DNA from: Arenicellales bacterium
GTDB lineage: Bacteria > Pseudomonadota > Gammaproteobacteria > Arenicellales > JAHEKD01
DNA: 64,000 nt
NCBI GenBank assembly: GCA_965204695.1
Contig: OZ242007.1
Span: 296,480-360,479 of the forward strand
Reading direction: 5' to 3'
Of the stretch, positions 1-9,876 are shown piece after piece. The number at the start of each line of letters is the position of its first letter. Position 1 is the first letter of the stretch. Both the position numbers and the translations under genes were made by a program. A model generated the notes under the pieces. That model was given only the letters and a program-made list of their open reading frames with translations. It did not search any database and had not been told where the DNA came from.

Positions 1-2
1 AT

Positions 3-212
3 CCAAATGTACGTGTTGAAGCAGTAATTAATGGACAAGGTATAGCTCTTAACGATTTTCTGGTCAATAATGAAATTGAAAAGGGATTGTTATTTCAGAT
101 ATCCCCAGTAAAGCTCGATAATTATGGCTATTATTTAGCTTATCGTGACAAGACCATGGATACTGATGCCTTAGCAACATTTAGAGACTGGATCACTAAT
201 CAGGCCGAATAA
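3..212 (+). CDS. LysR-family regulator, C-terminal fragment (5' end outside window)
   Basis: Manual translation PNVRVEAVINGQGIALNDFLVNNEIEKGLL...GYYLAY...LATFRDWITNQAE* resembles the end of a GcvA-like LysR substrate-binding domain; stop at 210-212. Confidence 0.8.
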   Translation, partial: PNVRVEAVINGQGIALNDFLVNNEIEKGLLFQISPVKLDNYGYYLAYRDKTMDTDALATFRDWITNQAE

Positions 213-301
213 CTTTTTTGCATCGGTTATTTCACTATCAAATTTATAGCCATCAATAAATGGGTTTGTTATTCTCGAGACCAACAAATCAGAGGTTATG
301 T

Positions 302-1390
302 ATGAACATTCCGAAAACAATGACAGCAATATTACTAACCGGACATGGTGGCTTGGACAAACTACAACTCAGGCACGATGTTCCTACACCTGTTCCTAAT
401 GCTGATGAGGTTTTAATCAAAGTTGCGGCAGCAGGTATTAATAATACCGATATAAACACACGTATTGCCTGGTATTCCAAGGCTGTAACTGGTGATACCA
501 ACTCTGGTGGTGAAAAAGGCTTTGCTGAGGCCGAAGATGACGATGGTTCTTGGTCCGGCGAGAAACTCGAGTTTCCACGAATTCAGGGCGCGGATTGTTG
601 TGGTTATATTGTTGCTGTTGGTGAAAATGTTGCTAACTCAAGAATTGGCGAACGCGTGTTGGTTCGAAACATGCTTAGAAGCTATGTTGATTATGAGCCC
701 TTCAAATGCTGGACATTTGGGTCCGAATGTGACGGTGGATTTGCTCAATATGCAAAAGCCCCTGCAAGAGAAACCCATAAAGTCGCCTGTGACTGGAGTA
801 ATATTGAATTAGCCTCAATTCCATGTGCTTACTCAACCGCTGAAGGAATGCTGCATAGAGCCAACGTTGGCGCTGAGCGGGTTTTAATAACTGGCGCTTC
901 AGGTGGTGTTGGCTCCGCCGCTATACAACTGGCTAAACGCCGTGGTGCACACATCATTGCGGTATCAGGTAAAGATAAGCAACAAGACGTTCTAGCTCTG
1001 GGAACGGATCAAGTTGTCGATAGAAATGCTGATTTGGTTGCTGAATTAGGCACAGAAACTGTTGATGTAGTTGTTGATCTAGTCGTCGGTTCAGCCTGGC
1101 CTTCTTTTCTAGACATCCTGGTCCGTGGGGGCCGTTATGTCACAGCAGGCGCAATAGCCGGGCCTATTGTTGAGTTCGACGTGCGGACTTTGTATTTAAA
1201 AGATTTATCGCTGTTTGGTTCAACTTTTCAAGATGATATCGTTTTTGAAAATTTAATCGGTTATATAGAACGCAATGAAATCAAACCAGTCGTGGCTAAA
1301 TTCTATCCTTTAGAAGATATTCATCAAGCTCAGGAAGATTTCTTAAGCAAAAAACATGTAGGTAAACTCGTTCTCGTTCCACCTCAATGA
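302..1390 (+). CDS. MDR-superfamily (alcohol dehydrogenase/quinone oxidoreductase-like) NAD(P)-dependent oxidoreductase
   Basis: EVLIKVAAAGINNTD, FPRIQGAD, VLITGASGGVG, C-terminal GKLVL. ATG 302 follows GAGG (ORF track start 260). Confidence 0.85.
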   Translation: MNIPKTMTAILLTGHGGLDKLQLRHDVPTPVPNADEVLIKVAAAGINNTDINTRIAWYSKAVTGDTNSGGEKGFAEAEDDDGSWSGEKLEFPRIQGADCCGYIVAVGENVANSRIGERVLVRNMLRSYVDYEPFKCWTFGSECDGGFAQYAKAPARETHKVACDWSNIELASIPCAYSTAEGMLHRANVGAERVLITGASGGVGSAAIQLAKRRGAHIIAVSGKDKQQDVLALGTDQVVDRNADLVAELGTETVDVVVDLVVGSAWPSFLDILVRGGRYVTAGAIAGPIVEFDVRTLYLKDLSLFGSTFQDDIVFENLIGYIERNEIKPVVAKFYPLEDIHQAQEDFLSKKHVGKLVLVPPQ

Positions 1391-2505
1391 AAATAGAAAA
1401 AATAGATGTTTTCCGGGTTGATCTACCTTATTCAGGCGGTACTTATCGTTTATCCGGTGGGCGTGAATATGGTGGTTTTGACGCCACAATCGTACGAATT
1501 ACCACAGAATGTGGAATTGAAGGCTGGGGTGAAAGTACGCCTTTTGGTTCAACCTATATAGCCGCACATGCCCTTGGGGTACGGGCTGGCATTGCAGAAG
1601 TCGCTCCAAACTTGATTGGCTGTGACCCAAGGCATGTTGATCGAATTAACGAAATTATGGATCACAGTCTGGTTGATCATAATCATGCTAAAACCGCTCT
1701 AGATGTAGCCTGTTGGGATATTTTTGGCAAATCTGTAAATATGCCGGCCTATGATTTATTAGGCGGAAGCACGAAACTGAGAATTCCTGTAATTTCTTCT
1801 ATTCCAGCTGATTCTCCTGAACTCATGCGGCGAAATGTAACCCTTCATCGTGAGCAAGGTTACAAAGGTCACTCGATTAAAATTGGTGCTCTGGATTCAG
1901 AAGGCGGCCCAAGCTTGGACGCAGAGCGTATTGAACAATGCTTAGCTGACCGACAACCAGGTGAATACTTTCTGGTAGATGCAAATGGCGGTCTCACCGT
2001 TGAAAACGCATTGCGCCTGTTACAACTATTACCCTCTGGCCTAGATTTTTCACTTGAAGCTCCCTGTGCAACTTGGCGTGAAACAATCTCTTTGAGAAAA
2101 CAGACTAACATTCCAATCGTCCTGGACGAACTAGCCACATCCGAACAATCAATTGTTCAAATTATTGCTGATAATGCAGCAGACGGAATAGGATTAAAAA
2201 TATCAAAGAACGGTGGACTGACTAAAGGTCGTCGTCAACGTGATATGTGCGTTGCTGCAGGTTTGACTATGAGCGTACAAGATACTGTTGGCTCTGAAAT
2301 TGCCTTTGCGGCTGTCCTTCATCTGGCTCAAACAGTGCCTGAGCGTTATTTGCGATGCGCACTGGATACTCGCGCAATGGTTAAGCTAAATACTGCTGAA
2401 TTCAATGTCCCAATCGTTAACGGCGGTGTAATTGCACCTAATATCCCTGGACTCGGCATTAAACCTGATTTATCTGTTATAGGAAACCCAATAGTCAACT
2501 ATTAA
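1387..2505 (+). CDS. Mandelate racemase/muconate lactonizing enzyme (enolase superfamily), related to the hydroxyproline/proline-betaine subgroup
   Basis: GWGESTPFGSTY.AAHALG, SxK, DANGG, EAPC, LDE, LKISKNGG, PGLG motifs; start overlaps the upstream stop. Confidence 0.85.
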   Translation: MKIEKIDVFRVDLPYSGGTYRLSGGREYGGFDATIVRITTECGIEGWGESTPFGSTYIAAHALGVRAGIAEVAPNLIGCDPRHVDRINEIMDHSLVDHNHAKTALDVACWDIFGKSVNMPAYDLLGGSTKLRIPVISSIPADSPELMRRNVTLHREQGYKGHSIKIGALDSEGGPSLDAERIEQCLADRQPGEYFLVDANGGLTVENALRLLQLLPSGLDFSLEAPCATWRETISLRKQTNIPIVLDELATSEQSIVQIIADNAADGIGLKISKNGGLTKGRRQRDMCVAAGLTMSVQDTVGSEIAFAAVLHLAQTVPERYLRCALDTRAMVKLNTAEFNVPIVNGGVIAPNIPGLGIKPDLSVIGNPIVNY

Positions 2506-2556
2506 GTATTTAAAGTTATTTATAGTGACATTTTAAGATAAAGATCAAGTCTTTAC

Positions 2557-2688
2557 TCACAGCGGAAACCTTTCATTTGCTCCCCCAGATTCAACTTGGT
2601 TACCAGACCCCCCAAGCACTAACATAGGTAAAGATCCCAGTAATCTTAGTACTGGTGAATCATATAATTTTAAGGGTTTTTTATTCAT
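2557..2688 (-). CDS. Putative lasso-peptide-like RiPP precursor (43 aa; not in ORF track)
   Basis: Manual translation MNKKPLKLYDSPVLRLLGSLPMLVL-GGSGNQVESGGANERFPL*. RBS AAGGA precedes GTG-ATG. Leader YxxPxLxxxGxxxxxV-x; core begins with Gly and has Glu at position 8. Confidence 0.7.
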   Translation of the reverse strand: MNKKPLKLYDSPVLRLLGSLPMLVLGGSGNQVESGGANERFPL

Positions 2689-2761
2689 CACGAATTTCCT
2701 TACTTGCAGTATTACTTAAATTGATATTGTGGCCCCTAGACTCTTCGATCCATCTTAGTCA

Positions 2762-2792
2762 GGCCTGATAGAGTTCTAATATCTATCAGGCC
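2762..2792. repeat. 11-bp perfect inverted repeat hairpin (terminator or REP-like)
   Basis: GGCCTGATAGA-gttctaata-TCTATCAGGCC. Confidence 0.55.
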
Positions 2793-2899
2793 CGTTTCAC
2801 TTCCCGGTGATGTATCCCGTCAGAGGATATGAGACAAAGTTGATGTTCTGAACAAGAGAGACTTCTGTTAATTTAATAGTAATTTATAGGAGTCTTAAG

Positions 2900-3262
2900 A
2901 TGAGTAAATATAACTCAGAGAAATTAGTTAAAGCAATTAAACGCAACACCCGTCATAAATATTCAGCCGATGAAAAGATTCGGATTGTATTAGACGGTCT
3001 TCGAGGTGAGGATAGTATTGCCGAGTTATGCCGCCGGGAAGGGATCAATCAGAATACGTATTACCGTTGGAGCAAAGACTTTCTTGAAGCCGGGAAACAA
3101 CGTTTGGCCGGTGATATTAAGCGTGAAGCCAATTCAGAGGAAGTGACTGAACTTCGCAAAGAAAACAATCAGCTAAAACATGCACTGGCCGATGTTGTTT
3201 TGAAGAATACGGTGCTTAAAAAAAGTGTGCTTGGCTTGGACTCGACGTGGGACGACGAATGA
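2900..3262 (+). CDS. IS3 transposase OrfA (HTH)
   Basis: KYSADEKIRIVLDGLRGEDSIAELCRREGI...YYRW followed by a leucine-zipper-like segment. Confidence 0.9.
   Translation: MSKYNSEKLVKAIKRNTRHKYSADEKIRIVLDGLRGEDSIAELCRREGINQNTYYRWSKDFLEAGKQRLAGDIKREANSEEVTELRKENNQLKHALADVVLKNTVLKKSVLGLDSTWDDE
3218..3225 (+). other. -1 programmed frameshift site (A7G) of the IS3 element
   Basis: AAAAAAAG near the end of orfA; orfB is in the -1 frame relative to orfA. Confidence 0.7.
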
Positions 3263-4239
3263 GTTTGTCGGCGGCTGAAAAAGTGGAAATTATCCATATA
3301 GTTGAAGCCAGTGAACTTCCCGTGAGTAGGACATTAGCGGAACTGGGTATTGCTCGCAGCAGTTTTTACCGTTGGTATCAACTCTATCAAATGGGTGGCC
3401 CTGATGCATTGGAAAGTCATTGTAAATCTCCCCAACGGTTCTGGAACAAACTCCCCGAATCAGTCAAAGAGCAATGTCTCGAGATTGCACTTCAGTACCC
3501 GGAGAAATCACCTCGTGAACTGGCCTGGCAAATTACCGATGAACACAGGTACTTTATCTCTGAGTCCAGTGTTTACCGTATTTTGAAGGCCCATGACCTG
3601 ATTACCTCACCGGCCTATATTCTGCTATCGGCCAGTGATACCTTCCATACGCCAACCAAGCGAATCAATGAATTATGGCAGACTGATTTTACCTATTTCA
3701 AAATCATCGGCTGGGGTTGGTATTATCTGTCTACCGTACTGGATGATTATTCACGGTTTATTCTGAGCTGGATGCTCACTAGTACCATGGGCGCGGGTGA
3801 TGTCAAAGACACCCTGGATCAAGCGATTGCTGTAACGGGTGTGACAAATGTGCCTGTTAAACACCGACCACGGCTACTCAGTGATAATGGCCCGGCGTAT
3901 CTATCCGGTGAGCTGAAAGATTACCTGGCTTATCATCAGATGACGCATACTCGTGGAACACCGTACCATCCGATGACTCAGGGTAAAATTGAACGCTATC
4001 ATCGGTCAATGAAAAACGTCGTCAAACTTGAGCATTATTATCTGCCTGGCGAACTCGAACAAGCCATTGAACAGTTTGTTCATCATTACAACCACGAACG
4101 CTATCATGAGTCGTTAGACAATGTGACACCGGCGGATATGTATTATGGTCGATATCAGCAAATCATCGATGAGCGAGCCGTTATTAAACAACAAACGTTA
4201 AACCAAAGGAGGTGCGAAAACCTAAAACTGTGTGCCTGA
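3247..4239 (+). CDS. IS3 transposase OrfB (DDE integrase core)
   Basis: WQTDFTY, LDDYSR, SDNGPAY, GKIERYHRSMK, YNHERYHESL. Confidence 0.92.
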   Translation: MGRRMSLSAAEKVEIIHIVEASELPVSRTLAELGIARSSFYRWYQLYQMGGPDALESHCKSPQRFWNKLPESVKEQCLEIALQYPEKSPRELAWQITDEHRYFISESSVYRILKAHDLITSPAYILLSASDTFHTPTKRINELWQTDFTYFKIIGWGWYYLSTVLDDYSRFILSWMLTSTMGAGDVKDTLDQAIAVTGVTNVPVKHRPRLLSDNGPAYLSGELKDYLAYHQMTHTRGTPYHPMTQGKIERYHRSMKNVVKLEHYYLPGELEQAIEQFVHHYNHERYHESLDNVTPADMYYGRYQQIIDERAVIKQQTLNQRRCENLKLCA

Positions 4240-4241
4240 TC

Positions 4242-6140
4242 TCAGGCAAGTGATATGATCGGATAGTCTCTCTTAATTTTAAGAACTAACTGTCCCAAAT
4301 CATCTGACGACATACACTCACCACTACTTATCCGGTACATCCCCGACTCACTCACCTGAAACTCAACCACTAACTGGGCATCCAAATCATTCGACTCAAC
4401 CCCTGAGGTAACCTGACGGTAGCCTTTCACCCCATCCCGGACATACCCCTGTAACCCCATCCGGGTATCCAATTCAGCCCGTACATCTCCCCAGTCAATC
4501 GGGGAAAGAGAACTCAATTCGCCGTAACTCGACCCCACCTCAAACGGCCCGTAATAATGTTCTGAACCGTCACTGTCGATACTCGACAGCCCCACACTCA
4601 TTAACTGGTCGATCGAACCCGGTATACGGACACGTTTACTGTAACTCTGCGGCTCAACCGCATTACCACTGCCACTTCTAACATACCAGTTGTGTAACTT
4701 CTCCCAATCCCCATCAACGCCGTCTAACCCCCATAACTGAAAACCAACATTAAATAACTCACTACTCGTACCCCAGTCAAACGACACCTTATCGCCCTCT
4801 CGCTCACTGGAAAAATGAGATAACGTGACAGGGAGTGTTCCAGTAGATATTACATAATCTTCCACTTCACCATCCATGGCCCCGCCCGTTGGCTGAGGTG
4901 AATTATCATCAAAAAAGCCCGATGCCGTATCCGTGGTAATCCTAATTCGAGCAAAGGTCCTGTTAGGCGATTGTGTCTCAACATCACCTAAATCTGTCCA
5001 AATTAGAACATAATCGTTAGTCGCTGAGTTAGCCGGTACATTACCCGTGGTAAATGTGCCATCATCATCCGGGTGTGTATTTGCCGGATTAGTGACAGAA
5101 CGCTCTGCATCTGAAAACGAACCGTCCACATCAAAATCCAGCCAGCTCACCAGTTGCGCTGGTCTCGCACTATTGTTGGTCGCCTTAACCACCACACAAT
5201 ATTCATTCTCTGCGGTAACATAGGTACCATTCGAACCCGTACACCTCATATCACCTGCTGCTTGATATGATTGGAATTCCACCACACCATCTTCATCGTC
5301 GAAATTATCATTGTCATCACCCTCTGCATTTGATTGTGGAATTCCTGTCGCTTCAAAATCGACGGTTGTGCCCAGCATAAGCATTGGCGAATCATCAACA
5401 CCGCAATGAACTGGTTCGTCAGAACTCCCCATACCATAAAGTCCATCCGGCGCATCACCTTGGTCTGAAGGAAGATAAAATAACACTGAATGACCATCAC
5501 CCCCGGAAGGATTAGTTCCAGATGCAGTGATTTCCTGATAAGAACCAGGAAACACGATGGTTCCGCAACCAGCAGATGGATTGTCTCCATTATTCAATTG
5601 ACAACCACGGTTTCTCGCCCCTCTTGTATTAACATTCACTATATTGGTTGCAGCATTGACTTCAAATTCATTGTTTCCCGATACCCTTACAAAATTAACA
5701 GGGTTGCCGGATACATCCGTTGTCGCACTGTAATCCCATTGGGCCCCATCAATATTAAAAAAGGATTTATGGAGGTTGTTTACGGGTCTATTGAAACTCA
5801 AATTATACGTATAACCGTTGCCTGCTGGATTTCTTAAGAATAATGATAGTCGATTTACAAACAGTGGTGGATCTCCTGGTGTGAACCAGTTGTTCCCTGA
5901 AAGATTAGGGTCTGATTGAAAGCCCGGTGCTGCAGCAGCCGGGGAACTTCCTACATTACCGATAGCTGCTGTTTGCGTAATCAAGGCCACAACGGAACCA
6001 CCACAAAAAGATGCGTCCTCTGTAAGAGGATCTCCATCGCCAGCATTAGTGAATACTGCCCAGTCTGCATTAACAGAATTAATTTCCAGGGCAATAGTAA
6101 TTAAACAAAAAGCAAATAATAAGGTCCTAAATTTTGTCAT
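4242..6140 (-). pseudogene. Secreted GEVED-domain protein truncated by IS3; probably the N-terminal part of a C25-peptidase-type large protein
   Basis: AGGAGG RBS, signal peptide, DQGDAP...DDEDGV...SWLDFDVDGSF...ARIRI...GEVEDY, then TLPVTL and VVEFQVSESGMYRIS. The native sequence stops at 4317; the last 24 aa are read from the IS3 right end. Confidence 0.75.
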
Positions 6141-6877
6141 TTCAACCTCCTAAAAATTGATATTGTCTACGCCATAAAAGTATTGAGATGCATCGTTTAA
6201 GCATGTTCAGTGTACATCCTGAATCAGTGAGTTGGCGTCAAAAAATGACAAAGAAAATAATGATAAAAAATTGAAGCCGGGTAAAAAATTTTTCCTGCGT
6301 GATACCCGTAGACAATGATGGCCGTATAAACCCCGTAGCCAGATGTGAATTGTGTTTCATACAAAGTCCCTCTGCGATAACGAGACAATTAAAAATCAAG
6401 CCGAACGCACCGGCCGTCACCCCTTGAAAACCGCTCGTTCGCCCTGCAGTATGGTTATTATTGTAGATGATAAGGCATTGTTTCACAATACCTCAATTTT
6501 ATTATGGAAATCTGACAGATTATTGGACATCCAACAAACCGGGCATTATCACGTAGTGTCTTCACTTGTATTGCCGGAGTTACCATAAAATTTGTTCTTT
6601 CAGTAGTGTTCTTTTCCTCAGCAAATTTGTACTTGCTCATTTGCCGTGCTAGATAATTTAAGACATGAATACCAATTTCTTTGTTTGTCATTGTGAACAC
6701 TAAATGCGGCATGACGAGTAAGTTAATGGGGCATTAGCAATAGAAAATAATATTCATGTGGTTGTAAGGTTATTTGCTTCTGATTGTAGCTCAAGATCTC
6801 AATGATGATCCGCAGGTTGGTGCCTGGCGGAAAAGGGAAGATTATTTTTTAGGCAATATGCAGGAAAATTTAAGATG

Positions 6878-8290
6878 TTAAGAGCTTAAGCGTTGCTCGA
6901 TGTATGTCTTAATGTTTTCTATGTTGGGTTTCATTACGTCATATTTTCTAGGCTTATCTTCGATACCTTCATGATTGGCTGGTCGGTCTGGTTTATGACC
7001 TAAAGCTTCGATCACTGTTGCCTCGAATTTGGCTGGTAATGCTGTTTCCAGACAAATCATTGGAATACCTTCCTGCCTGAAATCTTTGGCGACTTTAATG
7101 CCATCGGCAGTATGGGTATCGATGACTAAATCGTAGTGACTTTTGATTTCACGGATGATCTCAATTCGATCTTGATGATTACTGCTGCCGGATTTAAAAC
7201 CGTAGTTTTGAATTTTTTCGAAATATTCTGTGTTCGATAAATCAAAATAGCCATTGGACTCGACTTGACTCCATAATTCAGCAACTATTTTTGGATTACG
7301 GCCTACTAAATCATATATAAAACGTTCAAAGTTAGAAGCTTTGGAAATATCCATTGATGGACTAGAGGTAATGTGAACATCGTTTTCATCACGAACACGA
7401 TAGACACCTGTGCGGAAGAATTCATCAAGTACATTGTTCTCATTAGTCGCTAAAACCAATTTTTCTATAGGCAAGCCCATTTGTCGGGCAATATGTCCTG
7501 CATAAATATTGCCAAAATTACCACTCGGTACGGTAAACGAAACTTTTTGATTATTACTGACTGTAGCGTCTAGATAACCCTTAAAGTAATAAACCACCTG
7601 AGCAGTGACTCTGGCCCAGTTGATTGAATTCACTGTACCGATTTTATAGCGAGCTTTAAATTCGGCATCATGACTAACGCCCTTGACCATATCCTGAGCT
7701 CGATCAAAGCTTCCTTCCACGGCAATATTGAAAATATTCGGCTCATCCAGGGAATACATCTGAGCTTCTTGAAATGGACTCATGCGTTGATGCGGTGACA
7801 ACATAAACACTCGCACATGGGATTTACCCAACATTGCGTATTCCGCACTAGGGCCGGTATCGCCTGATGTAGCACCGAGAATATTCAATTCTTGATTGTT
7901 TTTAGTCAAAATGTATTCGAACAAATTGCCAAGCAATTGCATGGCAATATCTTTGAAAGCTAAAGTCGGACCATTTGACAAGCCCAGTATGGCCAAATCA
8001 TCATTCAACCAGTTTAACGGCGTAATATCTTCGCTGCCGAATTTCTCAGCCGTATACGTTTTATTAATGATTTCCCGCAAATCTTCACTTGGAATATCCG
8101 TAGCAAAACGCGAAATAATCTCAAATGCGAGCTCAGGATAGCCCAGTGCACGCCAATTGGTTAATTCTTGATCTGTGATTTGAGGATAATGTTCACAAAT
8201 TGATAAGCCACCATCATCAGCCAAACCAGCTAATAATATTTCAGAAAATGACTTAGTGGCCATACCACCACGTGTGCTTACATATTGCAT
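6878..8290 (-). CDS. thrC: Threonine synthase
   Basis: MQYVSTRG, GPTLAFKD (PLP Lys), GATSGDTG, NSINWAR, VPSGNFGN, SPSMDI. Confidence 0.96.
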   Translation of the reverse strand: MQYVSTRGGMATKSFSEILLAGLADDGGLSICEHYPQITDQELTNWRALGYPELAFEIISRFATDIPSEDLREIINKTYTAEKFGSEDITPLNWLNDDLAILGLSNGPTLAFKDIAMQLLGNLFEYILTKNNQELNILGATSGDTGPSAEYAMLGKSHVRVFMLSPHQRMSPFQEAQMYSLDEPNIFNIAVEGSFDRAQDMVKGVSHDAEFKARYKIGTVNSINWARVTAQVVYYFKGYLDATVSNNQKVSFTVPSGNFGNIYAGHIARQMGLPIEKLVLATNENNVLDEFFRTGVYRVRDENDVHITSSPSMDISKASNFERFIYDLVGRNPKIVAELWSQVESNGYFDLSNTEYFEKIQNYGFKSGSSNHQDRIEIIREIKSHYDLVIDTHTADGIKVAKDFRQEGIPMICLETALPAKFEATVIEALGHKPDRPANHEGIEDKPRKYDVMKPNIENIKTYIEQRLSS

Positions 8291-8437
8291 TAGAGTAGTC
8301 GCAAAATTTTGGGCTATTATACCTAGACCGCCAAGCGGCAAGAAATAATATCAGTGCTTTTATTCGAAGATTCACAACACTTTAAACTATTTGTTGTCAT
8401 GGCTGTCAGAATAACTTCAATACTACCAATTAATCTT

Positions 8438-9814
8438 ATGATTATTACCAGATTTTTTCGCACGTCCTTATCAGCTTTGGTTTTGCTGGTTTTCTTTTAC
8501 TCAAATCCAGGATTTGCGCAACAAAGCGAAGTTCCCAAAATCGAAAATTTCGTTTTAATCGCTTTAAGTAAAAACCAACAGGAATTTGATAATGCATTAG
8601 CTGATATTAAAAATGGCTGGCAAGACAGTTATACAACAATGATACTTGAATCCCTAACCTTTATTCGTAGCCCGAGTCATTATGGACAATTAATCGGATT
8701 TTTACGTGAACAGACTGGACAAGACTTTGGCTACGACCCAAATGCCTGGTATGAATGGTTATGGTCACTAGATTATCAACCTCATCCGGACTATGCCAAA
8801 TTCAAATCCACCTTATACGGACTAATCGATGATCCATTTGCCGGATATTTTTCTAACCAACGAGAATCAACTATCCGCCTGGATGAAGTACGTTGGGGAG
8901 GTGTAAGACAAGATGGAATTCCGCCACTAAGACAACCGAAAATGATCAAGGCTGATGAAGCTGATTACCTGGATGACTCTAATGTCGTGTTTGGACTCGA
9001 AGTGAATGGCGATATACGCGCTTATCCAAAACGCATACTGGCTTGGCATGAGATGTTTGTCGATAAAATTGGTGGTGAGGCCATTGCCGGTGTTTATTGC
9101 ACGCTATGTGGCACCGTCATCATTTATGACATTGTTGTAGATGGTGAACGACATGAAATCGGTACTAGTGGATTCCTTTATCGCTCCAACAAACTTATGT
9201 ATGACAAGAGCACCCAATCGTTATGGTCTACATTTGGGGGTGAACCTGTAATTGGTCCACTTGTTGGCAAAGGTATAAAACTACCCCATCGGTATGTTGT
9301 GACAACAACCTGGGGCGAATGGAAAAAGCGCCACCCAGATAGCTTGGTTTTATCCTTGGATACCGGACACAATCGCGACTACGGCGAAGGAGTGGCCTAT
9401 CAACAATATTTTGCTACTGATGATTTGATGTTTAATGTTCCAAAATTGGACAAACGGCTGAATAACAAATCTGAAGTACTAGGCCTGATCTTCAATCAAC
9501 ATCCTGACAAACCCTTAGCGATTGATGTGAATTATCTCGCTGATAACCCGATTTACTATGATCAAATTGAAAGCAGTCAATTTGTAGCTTTAACTGATAA
9601 CTCTGGTGCCATTCGAGTCTATGAAAACAACGGGGTTAAATTCAATCAGTGGGATCAAAAATATCAAGTAGTCGATGAAAACGGGCTAGCCTGGACGTTA
9701 TCAGAATCGCAGCTTGAATCAGAAAATGGAGATGTTTTGTCACGATTACCTGCTAATCGTGCATTCTGGTTTGGTTGGTATTCGGCTTATCCGCACACCA
9801 GGCTTGTACAATAA
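8438..9814 (+). CDS. DUF3179-domain exported protein
   Basis: Signal peptide, WGGVRQDGIPPL, RAYPKRILAWHE, YCTLC, GTSGFLYRSNKLMYD, FWFGW...P.T; start uncertain (ORF track 8354). Confidence 0.8.
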   Translation: MIITRFFRTSLSALVLLVFFYSNPGFAQQSEVPKIENFVLIALSKNQQEFDNALADIKNGWQDSYTTMILESLTFIRSPSHYGQLIGFLREQTGQDFGYDPNAWYEWLWSLDYQPHPDYAKFKSTLYGLIDDPFAGYFSNQRESTIRLDEVRWGGVRQDGIPPLRQPKMIKADEADYLDDSNVVFGLEVNGDIRAYPKRILAWHEMFVDKIGGEAIAGVYCTLCGTVIIYDIVVDGERHEIGTSGFLYRSNKLMYDKSTQSLWSTFGGEPVIGPLVGKGIKLPHRYVVTTTWGEWKKRHPDSLVLSLDTGHNRDYGEGVAYQQYFATDDLMFNVPKLDKRLNNKSEVLGLIFNQHPDKPLAIDVNYLADNPIYYDQIESSQFVALTDNSGAIRVYENNGVKFNQWDQKYQVVDENGLAWTLSESQLESENGDVLSRLPANRAFWFGWYSAYPHTRLVQ

Positions 9815-9876
9815 CTCCTAAGAAATCAATTTATTCTCCCCACACTTACGTATGGGGAATATCTGACTATGCAAGA

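Larger units (their letters stand above)
2811..4316 (+). mobile_element. IS3-family insertion sequence (1506 bp)
   Basis: IRL TGTATCCCGTCAGAGGATATGAGACA (2811-2836) vs IRR revcomp TGTATGTCGTCAGATGATTTGGGACA (4291-4316), 21/26 identical, TG...CA ends; encloses orfA/orfB. No target-site duplication. Confidence 0.92.

Noticed and set aside
6380-6452. c-di-GMP-I riboswitch
   Set aside because: The GGCAAA/GAAA/GACGCAAA core is absent.
6238-6712. Three overlapping 78-84 aa ORFs upstream of the GEVED gene
   Set aside because: They overlap one another, lack a convincing RBS and show no family motifs; probably non-coding.
8438-9814. Selenoprotein form of DUF3179
   Set aside because: The motif is CxxC (TGC...TGT) and there is no in-frame TGA.
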